Positions 22,887-29,727 of a DNA stretch of 29,727 nt are shown here, piece after piece; the stretch's first letter is position 1; each line of letters starts with the position of its first letter. The stretch comes from a virus (taxonomy: Duplodnaviria; Caudoviricetes): positions 1-29,727 of the IMG/VR virus record IMGVR_UViG_3300027974_000116. The stretch is one strand, 5' to 3'. A program made the position numbers and the translations under genes. The notes under the pieces are model-generated. The model was given only the letters and a program-made list of their open reading frames with translations, was not told the origin of the DNA and ran no database searches.

Positions 22887-23253
22887 TACTCAATCAATCA
22901 TGGAAGCGATCGATTCGCTAGGAACAGCAGTTCGAGAGCTCCAGGAGGGGCTCCCGGTCAGAGAGCATACAGAACCAACGATCGAAGACGTAGCTACTCA
23001 TGCGAGCACCGTGATCAGAAAGATCATGAGCCGGGGGTCAAACAAGTCTAGGTTTGGAGAGTGGTTCCACAAGAATTCGCTCCGCTACAACTCGGACAGG
23101 GCAATTGCCCACATGACCCGGGCAATGCAACAGATCGATGGCAACACGTCTTCTCCGGATGGTTCCGGCGAAACTTGTATCGACCACCTGGAGCGAGCAC
23201 TGGTTCGGGCCGTGTTTACGCTCTACAAGGCGAAGGAAGGGAAAATACATTAA
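22876..23253 (+). CDS. dATP/dGTP diphosphohydrolase-like (DUF5664-like) protein, divergent
   Basis: AAGGAGG SD before ATG 22876; IMSRGSNK...W...DRAIAHM...D.SGE...HLERA...F resembles the VMT.GA.KY..W..RH..D.ESG..HLAHA pattern. Confidence 0.55.
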   Translation: MADSTQSIMEAIDSLGTAVRELQEGLPVREHTEPTIEDVATHASTVIRKIMSRGSNKSRFGEWFHKNSLRYNSDRAIAHMTRAMQQIDGNTSSPDGSGETCIDHLERALVRAVFTLYKAKEGKIH

Positions 23254-23384
23254 TGGCTGGGCGCATCGTTGAGTTGATATTTCTGATTGGGCTAATCACA
23301 ACTGTCGTGATTGTGCTTGCGCCATTGGTTTGGGTAACCATGATCGCGGTTGAAAAAATTGACAAAATCCGTGACGACAAATAG
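23253..23384 (+). CDS. 43-aa single-pass membrane protein
   Basis: TAATG overlap, AAGGAAGGG upstream; IVELIFLIGLITTVVIVLAPLVWVTMIAV. Confidence 0.65.
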   Translation: MAGRIVELIFLIGLITTVVIVLAPLVWVTMIAVEKIDKIRDDK

Positions 23385-23556
23385 CACCAGCATCCATATT
23401 GGTCCAAAGACAAAGACCTGGGAGGACCCTCTTGCAGTGTTCCTCCATAAGGACGAGTCGACCAGGATGGAGCGCATCATGGAGTATCTGTCATGGGAAA
23501 ATTATCGACTGCATCAGATCATCCAGAGATTTATGGACGAGAGGAAGTCAACATGA
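23350..23556 (+). CDS. Hypothetical protein (start uncertain, possibly GTG 23371)
   Basis: Fills the gap; ATGA overlap with next ORF. Confidence 0.55.
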   Translation: MKKLTKSVTTNSTSIHIGPKTKTWEDPLAVFLHKDESTRMERIMEYLSWENYRLHQIIQRFMDERKST

Positions 23557-23705
23557 TCTTTGTCCAGTGGGGCGAAAGGTACTACGCGGTGACTTCAAAT
23601 GGAGATATTTTTGATTCTGGCGGAAAGCTAACGATCATCCCAGAGGGGTTAAAGAAAGCAATCAAGGAGGCAGGCATTAATGAAGAGGCAAATAGTAACA
23701 GTTAG
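23553..23705 (+). CDS. 50-aa hypothetical protein
   Basis: GAGAGG SD, ATGA overlap; MIFVQWGERYYAVTSNGDIFD. Confidence 0.6.
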   Translation: MIFVQWGERYYAVTSNGDIFDSGGKLTIIPEGLKKAIKEAGINEEANSNS

Positions 23706-24324
23706 TTGCCAGTTGCCGGAATGGTTTGAGAAGCATTCCCTGCCAAGGATGGAAGAATCTTCTAAGCGTTGGGACGCTAATCTTGTGGTCATCAAGCCGG
23801 AGAACCCGATCGGACTGCTAGCCAAGATGTCGTTAGTCGACGCGGTGCAGAATTCTGACAGGACTCTGTTCGTTGACAGCGATGTATTGATTTCGCGCGA
23901 GTGTGTAAACCCATTCGAGACTTTCCCTCACGGACACTTCTACGCTTGTGCCGACGCTCCTCACGGAGACCAGTTGCATTGGGGCCGGGCGAACGAGATG
24001 ATCTTATCCCAGGCCATGCTCGGATCGGTCAAGTGGACTCAAGGCTATTTCAATACCGGGGTCATGGTTTGCGACAAGCAACATGCAGGCGCCTGGGCAA
24101 ATTTCGTGTACGCACCGTTCGCTTTCCCTGAGCAGACTTTCACAAACTACCGGGCCAGAATGCTCGGTTACTCTATCCGTTTCCTAAGCTGGGAATGGAA
24201 CGCGATGGAGATCAATACTCCAAAGGACAAGAAACAGTCGGACGGATTCATGCCACACGCAGCCGGGATCTACGGAGATGCCAGGGCAAAGTGGATTGAG
24301 GAAATGGACAAGGTATTACCATGA
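23680..24324 (+). CDS. GT-A glycosyltransferase (GT8-like)
   Basis: LFVDSD (DxD), YFNTGVMV, PEQTFTN, WN, HAAG; AAGGAGG upstream. Confidence 0.8.
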   Translation: MKRQIVTVSCQLPEWFEKHSLPRMEESSKRWDANLVVIKPENPIGLLAKMSLVDAVQNSDRTLFVDSDVLISRECVNPFETFPHGHFYACADAPHGDQLHWGRANEMILSQAMLGSVKWTQGYFNTGVMVCDKQHAGAWANFVYAPFAFPEQTFTNYRARMLGYSIRFLSWEWNAMEINTPKDKKQSDGFMPHAAGIYGDARAKWIEEMDKVLP

Positions 24325-25385
24325 GAATATTGACCCTAAAAGATCCCATGATGTTGGACGATCGGCTCCACCATCCGCACGATTCAATCGTAGTCCCGGA
24401 TGAAGTCCGCGGGATACCCGGCACACATGCAGACGCGTACACGATACCGTACAGGGTTGGTTGTGCCTCTGGAGGATATGCTTGCCTGTACCGGGGCGGG
24501 GCGATTGGAGATCAGTTCATCGCCATGGGCATTGCCAGGGCAATGCAACACTACGAGGGAGACGGAAGGATCGATGTCTACGTTCCCCAACGTCATCTTG
24601 GATTGTGGGAAGGATTTGCAGGAGTCAGGGCGCTACCATTAGCACCCACAATCTCCACCTGGAAGTCGTACAAAGGCCACGTCTGTCTTGACGATATCTT
24701 GTCGAAGACCGCACACCTAGACGGAAACGTGTATGACTACGTCTACAGATCCTGGGGCGTAGAGGTTGACGATCAGTTTAAGAAGCCATACGCAAAGCTG
24801 ATGGAAAAGGATCAGCATGAACTTGCTACGGTTGGATTTGACGTTGCCGGACCATTCCTGCTCTATTCGATCAGTGGATCTAGCCTGTGGAAGAGCTACC
24901 CAACATACGAGGCAGGACTATTCATCAAGTCGTTCCTAAAGGAGAATAAGGATTGGCACGTTGTAGCAGTAGGCCACGACGATCCTCCCCTATCCATCAC
25001 GCACAACAGGCTAATCAATCTCCAGGGAAGACTGCGCAACGTTAGGTCTCTGCTACACCTTGCGGCTCGATGCGACATGGCTGTTTGCCCAGAGTCGGCA
25101 GTGATGCACATGACCGCGGTATTCGACGCGCCAACCGTAGGGCTGTACGGACCTTACGGACCTGAGCACACATCGAAGTACTACAAATATGTGAAGCCAA
25201 TCTTCCCTAAAGATGTTTGTCCCAACGCCCCATGCTCGGTGTACGAGCAACCCAAGGACAAATGCAAAGATGCAGTCAACTCGATAAAAGGAGACCCCAA
25301 ATGGTGCAACGTTCTAAGGTCAATCAAGCCAGAAGATATTCTGGCAAAGACAAAAGAAATCCAAGCAAACCTAAAGAAAATCTAA
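24321..25385 (+). CDS. GT-B glycosyltransferase family 9 (heptosyltransferase-like)
   Basis: RGGAIGD, KSYP, ESAVMHMTAVFDAPTVGLYGP, CPNAPC...C...IKPEDI. Confidence 0.85.
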   Translation: MRILTLKDPMMLDDRLHHPHDSIVVPDEVRGIPGTHADAYTIPYRVGCASGGYACLYRGGAIGDQFIAMGIARAMQHYEGDGRIDVYVPQRHLGLWEGFAGVRALPLAPTISTWKSYKGHVCLDDILSKTAHLDGNVYDYVYRSWGVEVDDQFKKPYAKLMEKDQHELATVGFDVAGPFLLYSISGSSLWKSYPTYEAGLFIKSFLKENKDWHVVAVGHDDPPLSITHNRLINLQGRLRNVRSLLHLAARCDMAVCPESAVMHMTAVFDAPTVGLYGPYGPEHTSKYYKYVKPIFPKDVCPNAPCSVYEQPKDKCKDAVNSIKGDPKWCNVLRSIKPEDILAKTKEIQANLKKI

Positions 25386-25555
25386 TCAGAATTGTTTCTG
25401 AGAAGAAAGTTGTCTGCTATGAGTTGGGCCTGGACGTGGACAAGGACGTCTACGAGGCAATCGCCGAGGCTGGGCGCGTTCATATTGCTAACGACAAGGA
25501 AGCACTATTCCAGTACGCACTAAAGACCGCGCTCAAGGAGATGGCAAATGAATAA
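25301..25555 (+). CDS. Hypothetical protein overlapping the GT9 3' end
   Basis: AAAGGAG SD 7 nt before ATG 25301; C-terminal half fills the intergenic gap. Confidence 0.6.
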   Translation: MVQRSKVNQARRYSGKDKRNPSKPKENLIRIVSEKKVVCYELGLDVDKDVYEAIAEAGRVHIANDKEALFQYALKTALKEMANE

Positions 25556-26111
25556 CTTCAAACAAAAGATTCTTACGGCAGTGTGTGAGCCGGACGTGTT
25601 GACGCAGGGCCAGTGCAATATGATCCGTGATGATGCCGAGGTCATAGGCATGAAAAGATCTCACGTCATGAAGAAGGATGGCACGACTAGGTCTTCCTAC
25701 ACCAGGACATGTTCATCGTGCTGGGTACCGTTCGCGGAACACTACAAGTGGCTATACGAAGTGGTGAGGAATGTCGCTAGCGACCTAAACGAAGAGCACT
25801 ACAAGTTTGACATCACTGGCATTCAGCAACTGCAGATCCTGCGCTACAGGCCGGGTCAGTTCTTCCTTCCACACTTCGACTGCTTCGACGGTAGCGACCG
25901 CAAGCTAACGATGGTGATCAACCTATCAGATCCATCAGAGTTCCTGGGCGGAGGGCTTAGGGTTGAGTGCGACTTGCATAACGGAAAAGATGTAAAGAAG
26001 CGTGGATCGGCAACGATGTTCCCCGCCTACATCAGGCACCAAGCACTGCCAGTGTTCTTTGGCTCTAGGTGGGTGCTGGTCGCCTGGCTTACAGGAGGAC
26101 AGTGGCGATGA
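25548..26111 (+). CDS. 2OG-Fe(II) oxygenase (prolyl 4-hydroxylase-like)
   Basis: QILRY..GQFF..HFD (HxD), RKLT..INLS, F.GG.L, FPAY..H...PV..G.RW.LVAW. Confidence 0.9.
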   Translation: MNNFKQKILTAVCEPDVLTQGQCNMIRDDAEVIGMKRSHVMKKDGTTRSSYTRTCSSCWVPFAEHYKWLYEVVRNVASDLNEEHYKFDITGIQQLQILRYRPGQFFLPHFDCFDGSDRKLTMVINLSDPSEFLGGGLRVECDLHNGKDVKKRGSATMFPAYIRHQALPVFFGSRWVLVAWLTGGQWR

Positions 26112-26188
26112 GCGATTTCTTTATAATTATGTTTTGGATGGTTGTCTTTGGAGTACTTCTCATGTACTGCGACAAGCTGAATAAATGA
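26108..26188 (+). CDS. 26-aa hydrophobic peptide
   Basis: MSDFFIIMFWMVVFGVLLMYCDKLNK; AGGAGG upstream, ATGA overlaps on both sides. Confidence 0.55.
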   Translation: MSDFFIIMFWMVVFGVLLMYCDKLNK

Positions 26189-26364
26189 GAGCGCTAGCCT
26201 GGACTTTTTATTGGATAGGAGACTTGATCTCAAGGACGTTCATGCGGTTTGGATATGGGTATTCGATCTACAACAAGGTCATGAACTGGTCTCTTGGATT
26301 CGATAAGGACGAGTCAGTCTGGAAGAAGGTTAAGAACGATTTGCCCCAGAAGAAGGTCAAATGA
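26185..26364 (+). CDS. 59-aa hypothetical protein
   Basis: MRALAWTFYWIGDLISR...; ATGA overlaps on both sides. Confidence 0.65.
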   Translation: MRALAWTFYWIGDLISRTFMRFGYGYSIYNKVMNWSLGFDKDESVWKKVKNDLPQKKVK

Positions 26365-26951
26365 CCCACGCAGCCAGCCTTCCTCGCCACCTATACGTCA
26401 AGGTCGACATGGCATTTGTGTCGGACGGTGTGAAGCAGGAGATAGATGACGCTGTCTGGTTTGGGCTGACTGCGATCCCTGGCCGGGCCTGGGGATGCAC
26501 GGTTATGCTCAAGTGTGGCGCGATCTACCGCGGACTTCCACTGCATGCCTTGGCTCATGGAGAGGTAGCTATTGCCGATTGGGATCTGAACGACGCGCAG
26601 AGGTGGGATTGTTTTGGGTGGAACTTCACGACGATCGAATACGAATATCTGATGGGTCTGTCCTGCAGGGTGTGGATCGCTAGCAAGAAGACATGGGAGG
26701 TTGGGCGCTACATGTTTACTGCTGAACCTTACGGAGACGGATTCTCCATGGCCCCGGAGCAGACTAAGTCTCACCACTTCATTAGACTAAACAACGGCAG
26801 GATCACTGCTGTCCCGGGCAACAACGTCCTGTGGAACGAGTCGAGCTTCACTACCCCAGGCGACAAGCCTAAGTGGCTGCGCGGACAGCGCGAGACCTGG
26901 CACGGTGAGGAAGCGACCTGGGACGATGTAGTCGGAGAAGAAACAGCGTAA
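26361..26951 (+). CDS. Conserved-looking phage hypothetical protein
   Basis: 196 aa; IPGRA, GAIYRGLP, Q.WDCF, G.YMFT, K..H.I.L.NG....P.N motifs. Confidence 0.75.
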   Translation: MTHAASLPRHLYVKVDMAFVSDGVKQEIDDAVWFGLTAIPGRAWGCTVMLKCGAIYRGLPLHALAHGEVAIADWDLNDAQRWDCFGWNFTTIEYEYLMGLSCRVWIASKKTWEVGRYMFTAEPYGDGFSMAPEQTKSHHFIRLNNGRITAVPGNNVLWNESSFTTPGDKPKWLRGQRETWHGEEATWDDVVGEETA

Positions 26952-26986
26952 TGTCGGTAAACAACAAACAGAAAGGAAACTAAACT

Positions 26987-27142
26987 ATGCCACTCGGAAA
27001 GAACGTATCGAAGAACATGCGGGAACTGATTAAGGATAATAAGAAGAAAGGCAAGGAGCGCGGGGCCGGAGGCAAGGCCCGGAGCTTTGAACAGATGGTT
27101 GCGATCGCACTTCGTTCAGCTGGCAAGAGCAAGAATCGGTGA
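26987..27142 (+). CDS. 51-aa basic protein, absent from ORF track
   Basis: GAAAGGA SD; MPLGKNVSKNMRELIKDNKKKGKERGAGGKARSFEQMVAIALRSAGK; GTGA overlap with next ORF. Confidence 0.75.
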   Translation: MPLGKNVSKNMRELIKDNKKKGKERGAGGKARSFEQMVAIALRSAGKSKNR

Positions 27143-27381
27143 GCTTGGCGAACACCCTCAAATGGCAACGTGATATCCTCGAGGCAACTAAGAGGATGCT
27201 CGTTGTCGAGCGCGATAAGGCTGACCACACTCACGCTCCAGGAATCCGGCAGATCATTACAAACGTCGACGCGGCCCTGCTGTTCAACAAAGAACTAAGT
27301 GAAAATCTACAAGATAACCTCGGTCAAGTTCGGGGCGCTTGTGAAGGATCTTGGCCTCGCTCCGGGGAACTTGTTCCCTGA
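27139..27381 (+). CDS. Hypothetical protein
   Basis: 80 aa, GTGA-coupled start. Confidence 0.6.
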   Translation: MSLANTLKWQRDILEATKRMLVVERDKADHTHAPGIRQIITNVDAALLFNKELSENLQDNLGQVRGACEGSWPRSGELVP

Positions 27382-27550
27382 AGAATTCGGCAACCAAGGA
27401 AGAATAATCAACGCGATGCTTTACGATTACTGGCACGGAAATGGATATAAGCTGGACATGTTGACAGGATGTTTTGTAGAAGATAAGACAACAACCCCAA
27501 CGAAAGGAACCCCACAATGCAATCCACCAGACTCACAAAAGGAGACCTGA
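27299..27550 (+). CDS. Hypothetical protein (start uncertain)
   Basis: 83 aa, bridges the gap between neighbours. Confidence 0.55.
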   Translation: MKIYKITSVKFGALVKDLGLAPGNLFPEEFGNQGRIINAMLYDYWHGNGYKLDMLTGCFVEDKTTTPTKGTPQCNPPDSQKET

Positions 27551-27876
27551 CCGAAAGGTATAGGCAACTCGCAGGAGAGGTCGTCGTGCAGATGATCTCA
27601 GACATTAAACTACTGAATCGCAGAAAGATTCTGTCCGGGCTCGTATCAATAGCCAAGCCGAGACGCAACTCGGGACACGGAGACGGATACAAAAGCTACA
27701 TCGAGTCAGACGAATTAGTCCGCGCGGTCCGCGGGGAACCTATGGCTACATGGCTCATGGCCGCCGGGGCCAATGTGGACCACCGTGACGTAGTCCGGCG
27801 CCTGGAGAAGTTGACGCCCGAGAAGTGTAGTGAAAATGAGAACCGAAAGTTTCATCAATCAAGGAAGGGTAATTAA
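27517..27876 (+). CDS. Hypothetical protein
   Basis: 119 aa, GAAAGGA SD. Confidence 0.7.
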   Translation: MQSTRLTKGDLTERYRQLAGEVVVQMISDIKLLNRRKILSGLVSIAKPRRNSGHGDGYKSYIESDELVRAVRGEPMATWLMAAGANVDHRDVVRRLEKLTPEKCSENENRKFHQSRKGN

Positions 27877-28041
27877 ATGAAGATTGACGAATATAAGTCT
27901 GAGGTGCCCAACGAACTAAAGAAACTGGCGGAACAGTTCCAGGTTGAGAAGTGCTGGTCGTTTCCTCCCAACGTGTGGAGCGTGATTGTGGAAATGCGTA
28001 AGACTGCCTGGAGGAACATGTGGGGGACGCAACCGCAATGA
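27877..28041 (+). CDS. 54-aa hypothetical protein, absent from ORF track
   Basis: AAGGAAGGGT SD; MKIDEYKSEVPNELKKLAEQF...; ATGA overlap with helicase. Confidence 0.65.
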   Translation: MKIDEYKSEVPNELKKLAEQFQVEKCWSFPPNVWSVIVEMRKTAWRNMWGTQPQ

Positions 28042-29456
28042 ACCCAGACTCTTACGGACCTCCGCGGGATAACGAGGCGGAGTGGGCAGTGCTGTCAGCA
28101 TGCTTCACTGACCCAACGATCCTGGACAGGAACAAGGCTGAGATCCTGGACCCGCACAACTACTACCAACCAGTAGCCCGGTGCGTCGCCCGGGGGCTTC
28201 GGGATGGTGTGCCACCTGACGCTGTCGCCATGGGTGAGTTTGTGGCGAAGGAGCACCAGAAGTATGTGCATGAATTCAGCCTGAAGATTATGTCAGGATC
28301 GATCACGTCCGCGTCGAAAATGGACTATTGGTTGCCCAGGTTGCGGAAGACAACTCGGATGCGGAACATGCACACGGCTGCGCTCAAGGCGCTCGGTGCG
28401 ATGGAAGAACAGGACGCATGCCCGGAAGATATTAGGAACATCCTGGCCGGGGCCAGCAAGCCATGGGGCAGTGGGAATCTCCCACTCATCATGGAGGCGG
28501 GGGCCCTCGATGAATTGCCGATTGAGAAGCCGGAGGAGATTATCTTTGGTGCCCTGCACCGCGGTTGCAAGATGGTGCTGGGCGGGACGAGCAAGAGCAT
28601 GAAGACCTGGACGCTGTTGCAGTTGGCGATATGTGTGGCGTCGGGCACAAAGTTTTGGGAGATGCCTACTCGCAAGACGCGGGTGCTGTTCATTAACTTT
28701 GAGATCCAACAGTACTCGTTCCGGGAGCGGATAAGATCAGTGTGCCGGGCGCTTGGCATTCAGATACCCAACGACCAGTTGTTCGTTTGGAATCTGCGAG
28801 GACACTCGGCGGACCTGAGCGCGTTGCGGCCCAAGATCATCGACCAGTTGCGGATTGGAGAGTTTGGACTGATCTGCTTCGACCCGATCTACAAGCTGTA
28901 TGGAGAGAGAGACGAGAACAGTGCCGGAGAGATGGCAACGTTAATGAACGAGGTTGACAGCATTGCGGTAGAAACAAATGCCAGCGTCGTGTTCGGGCAT
29001 CACTTCAGCAAGGGCCACGGCAACAGGGCAGGATTTGATAAGATGTCAGGCAGTACAGTATTCGCTCGAGACCCGGACAGCATCTTTGTCATGCATCCTC
29101 ACAAGGAGGAGAATGTTTTAATCGTCGAGCCAACGATGAGAGACTTCTCGCCGATTGATCCGTTCTGCGTGCAGTGGGAATTTCCGCTGATGAAACGCAC
29201 AGCAGAATTTAATCCGGACGACGCGCGACCAACCGAAGGATCGAAGAAGGCATACGAGGACGAGGAAGTGATGGCATGCGTCGACAAGGAGAAGGGCTCA
29301 TCGTTCAAGGAGGTGTGGGAGAAAGCAGATCCTGCTATGGGAATTCCGCGGGGAACTCTCTCGAGGTATCTCACGCGCTTGGTGAAGTCTGGCAAGTTGC
29401 TGAAAGATAAAACGCAGTTCGGCGAGGTTTACCGCGTTCCGTCACCAGGTTTTTAG
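28038..29456 (+). CDS. Replicative helicase-like ATPase: DnaB-type N-terminus, AAA_25/RepA-like SF4 domain, C-terminal HTH-like tail
   Basis: PPRDNEAEWAVL; Walker A GGTSKSMKT; VLFINFE; Walker B ICFDP; DENS; HHFSKG; SGS...RDPD. Confidence 0.85.
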   Translation: MNPDSYGPPRDNEAEWAVLSACFTDPTILDRNKAEILDPHNYYQPVARCVARGLRDGVPPDAVAMGEFVAKEHQKYVHEFSLKIMSGSITSASKMDYWLPRLRKTTRMRNMHTAALKALGAMEEQDACPEDIRNILAGASKPWGSGNLPLIMEAGALDELPIEKPEEIIFGALHRGCKMVLGGTSKSMKTWTLLQLAICVASGTKFWEMPTRKTRVLFINFEIQQYSFRERIRSVCRALGIQIPNDQLFVWNLRGHSADLSALRPKIIDQLRIGEFGLICFDPIYKLYGERDENSAGEMATLMNEVDSIAVETNASVVFGHHFSKGHGNRAGFDKMSGSTVFARDPDSIFVMHPHKEENVLIVEPTMRDFSPIDPFCVQWEFPLMKRTAEFNPDDARPTEGSKKAYEDEEVMACVDKEKGSSFKEVWEKADPAMGIPRGTLSRYLTRLVKSGKLLKDKTQFGEVYRVPSPGF

Positions 29457-29474
29457 AAAAAGTATTTCATTCAA

Positions 29475-29487
29475 TATCAACAACTTA
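29475..29487 (+). promoter_or_regulatory. IHF-type binding site
   Basis: TATCAACAACTTA is an exact match to WATCAANNNNTTR in an AT-rich intergenic region. Confidence 0.5.
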
Positions 29488-29509
29488 CGCATGGTAGTGA
29501 AAATACTTG

Positions 29510-29545
29510 TAGACATAACCCAGCGGATGGGTTAAATTCTAACCA
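29510..29545 (+). promoter_or_regulatory. Putative sigma70 promoter with palindromic operator, leaderless start
   Basis: TAGACA (29510-15), 17 nt, TAAATT (29533-38), 6 nt, ATG; TAACCCA-N5-TGGGTTA at 29516-34. Confidence 0.55.
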
Positions 29546-29727
29546 TGAGCAACACATTAACAAAAACCGAAGCAACCCCGGTCAAAGCGGGTCGCACTCA
29601 AGCATCCTGGGAAAAACTCGGAGTTAAGTTCAAGCAGACTGAAAGCATTGGCTTTAGTTTGAGTGGCGGATTCAGTGAGCCCCACTTAACCTGGGTCGCA
29701 GTATGCAAAGGTCAGTATGTGGCAAGT
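29545..29727 (+). CDS. Hypothetical early protein, truncated by window end
   Basis: Open frame MSNTLTKTEATPVKAGRTQASWEKLG... for 61 codons to the window edge, directly after the promoter. Confidence 0.6.
   Translation, partial: MSNTLTKTEATPVKAGRTQASWEKLGVKFKQTESIGFSLSGGFSEPHLTWVAVCKGQYVAS

Noticed and set aside
1-29727. Alternative genetic code or prophage boundary
   Set aside because: Genes tile the window under the standard code with all three stops in use; no integrase, host gene or att site is recognisable

Overview
The whole window is part of a tailed dsDNA phage genome (podovirus-like gene order, resembling uncultured freshwater phages, probably with a Gram-negative host). All convincing genes but one are on the + strand and tightly coupled by ATGA/TAATG overlaps. 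Order: 3' end of an N4-gp56-type major capsid gene, small head-associated genes including two variable-cassette paralogs, a lipoprotein/holin-like cluster, Thr- and Gly-rich fibre genes, adaptor and tail-tube/stabilisation proteins, two GNAT-like paralogs, three ejection proteins, a 2067-aa polyvalent ejection protein (zincin HExxH, GNAT-like and HhH-GPD glycosylase-like domains), one antisense secreted repeat protein, a GH108 lysozyme and a PD-(D/E)XK endonuclease. From ~20.7 kb a second module encodes a resolvase-like nuclease, SSB, exonuclease, dNTP diphosphohydrolase-like protein, two glycosyltransferases, a 2OG-Fe(II) oxygenase, many small ORFs and an SF4/AAA_25 helicase. Most notable: a probable DNA glycosylase domain in a virion-injected protein with a small acidic gene nested in the +1 frame right behind it (candidate effector/inhibitor pair), an antisense moron-like gene with its own leaderless promoter, and cassette-swap scars in two paralogs at 1.5-2.8 kb. 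All family calls come from motif recognition by eye, not from database searches.
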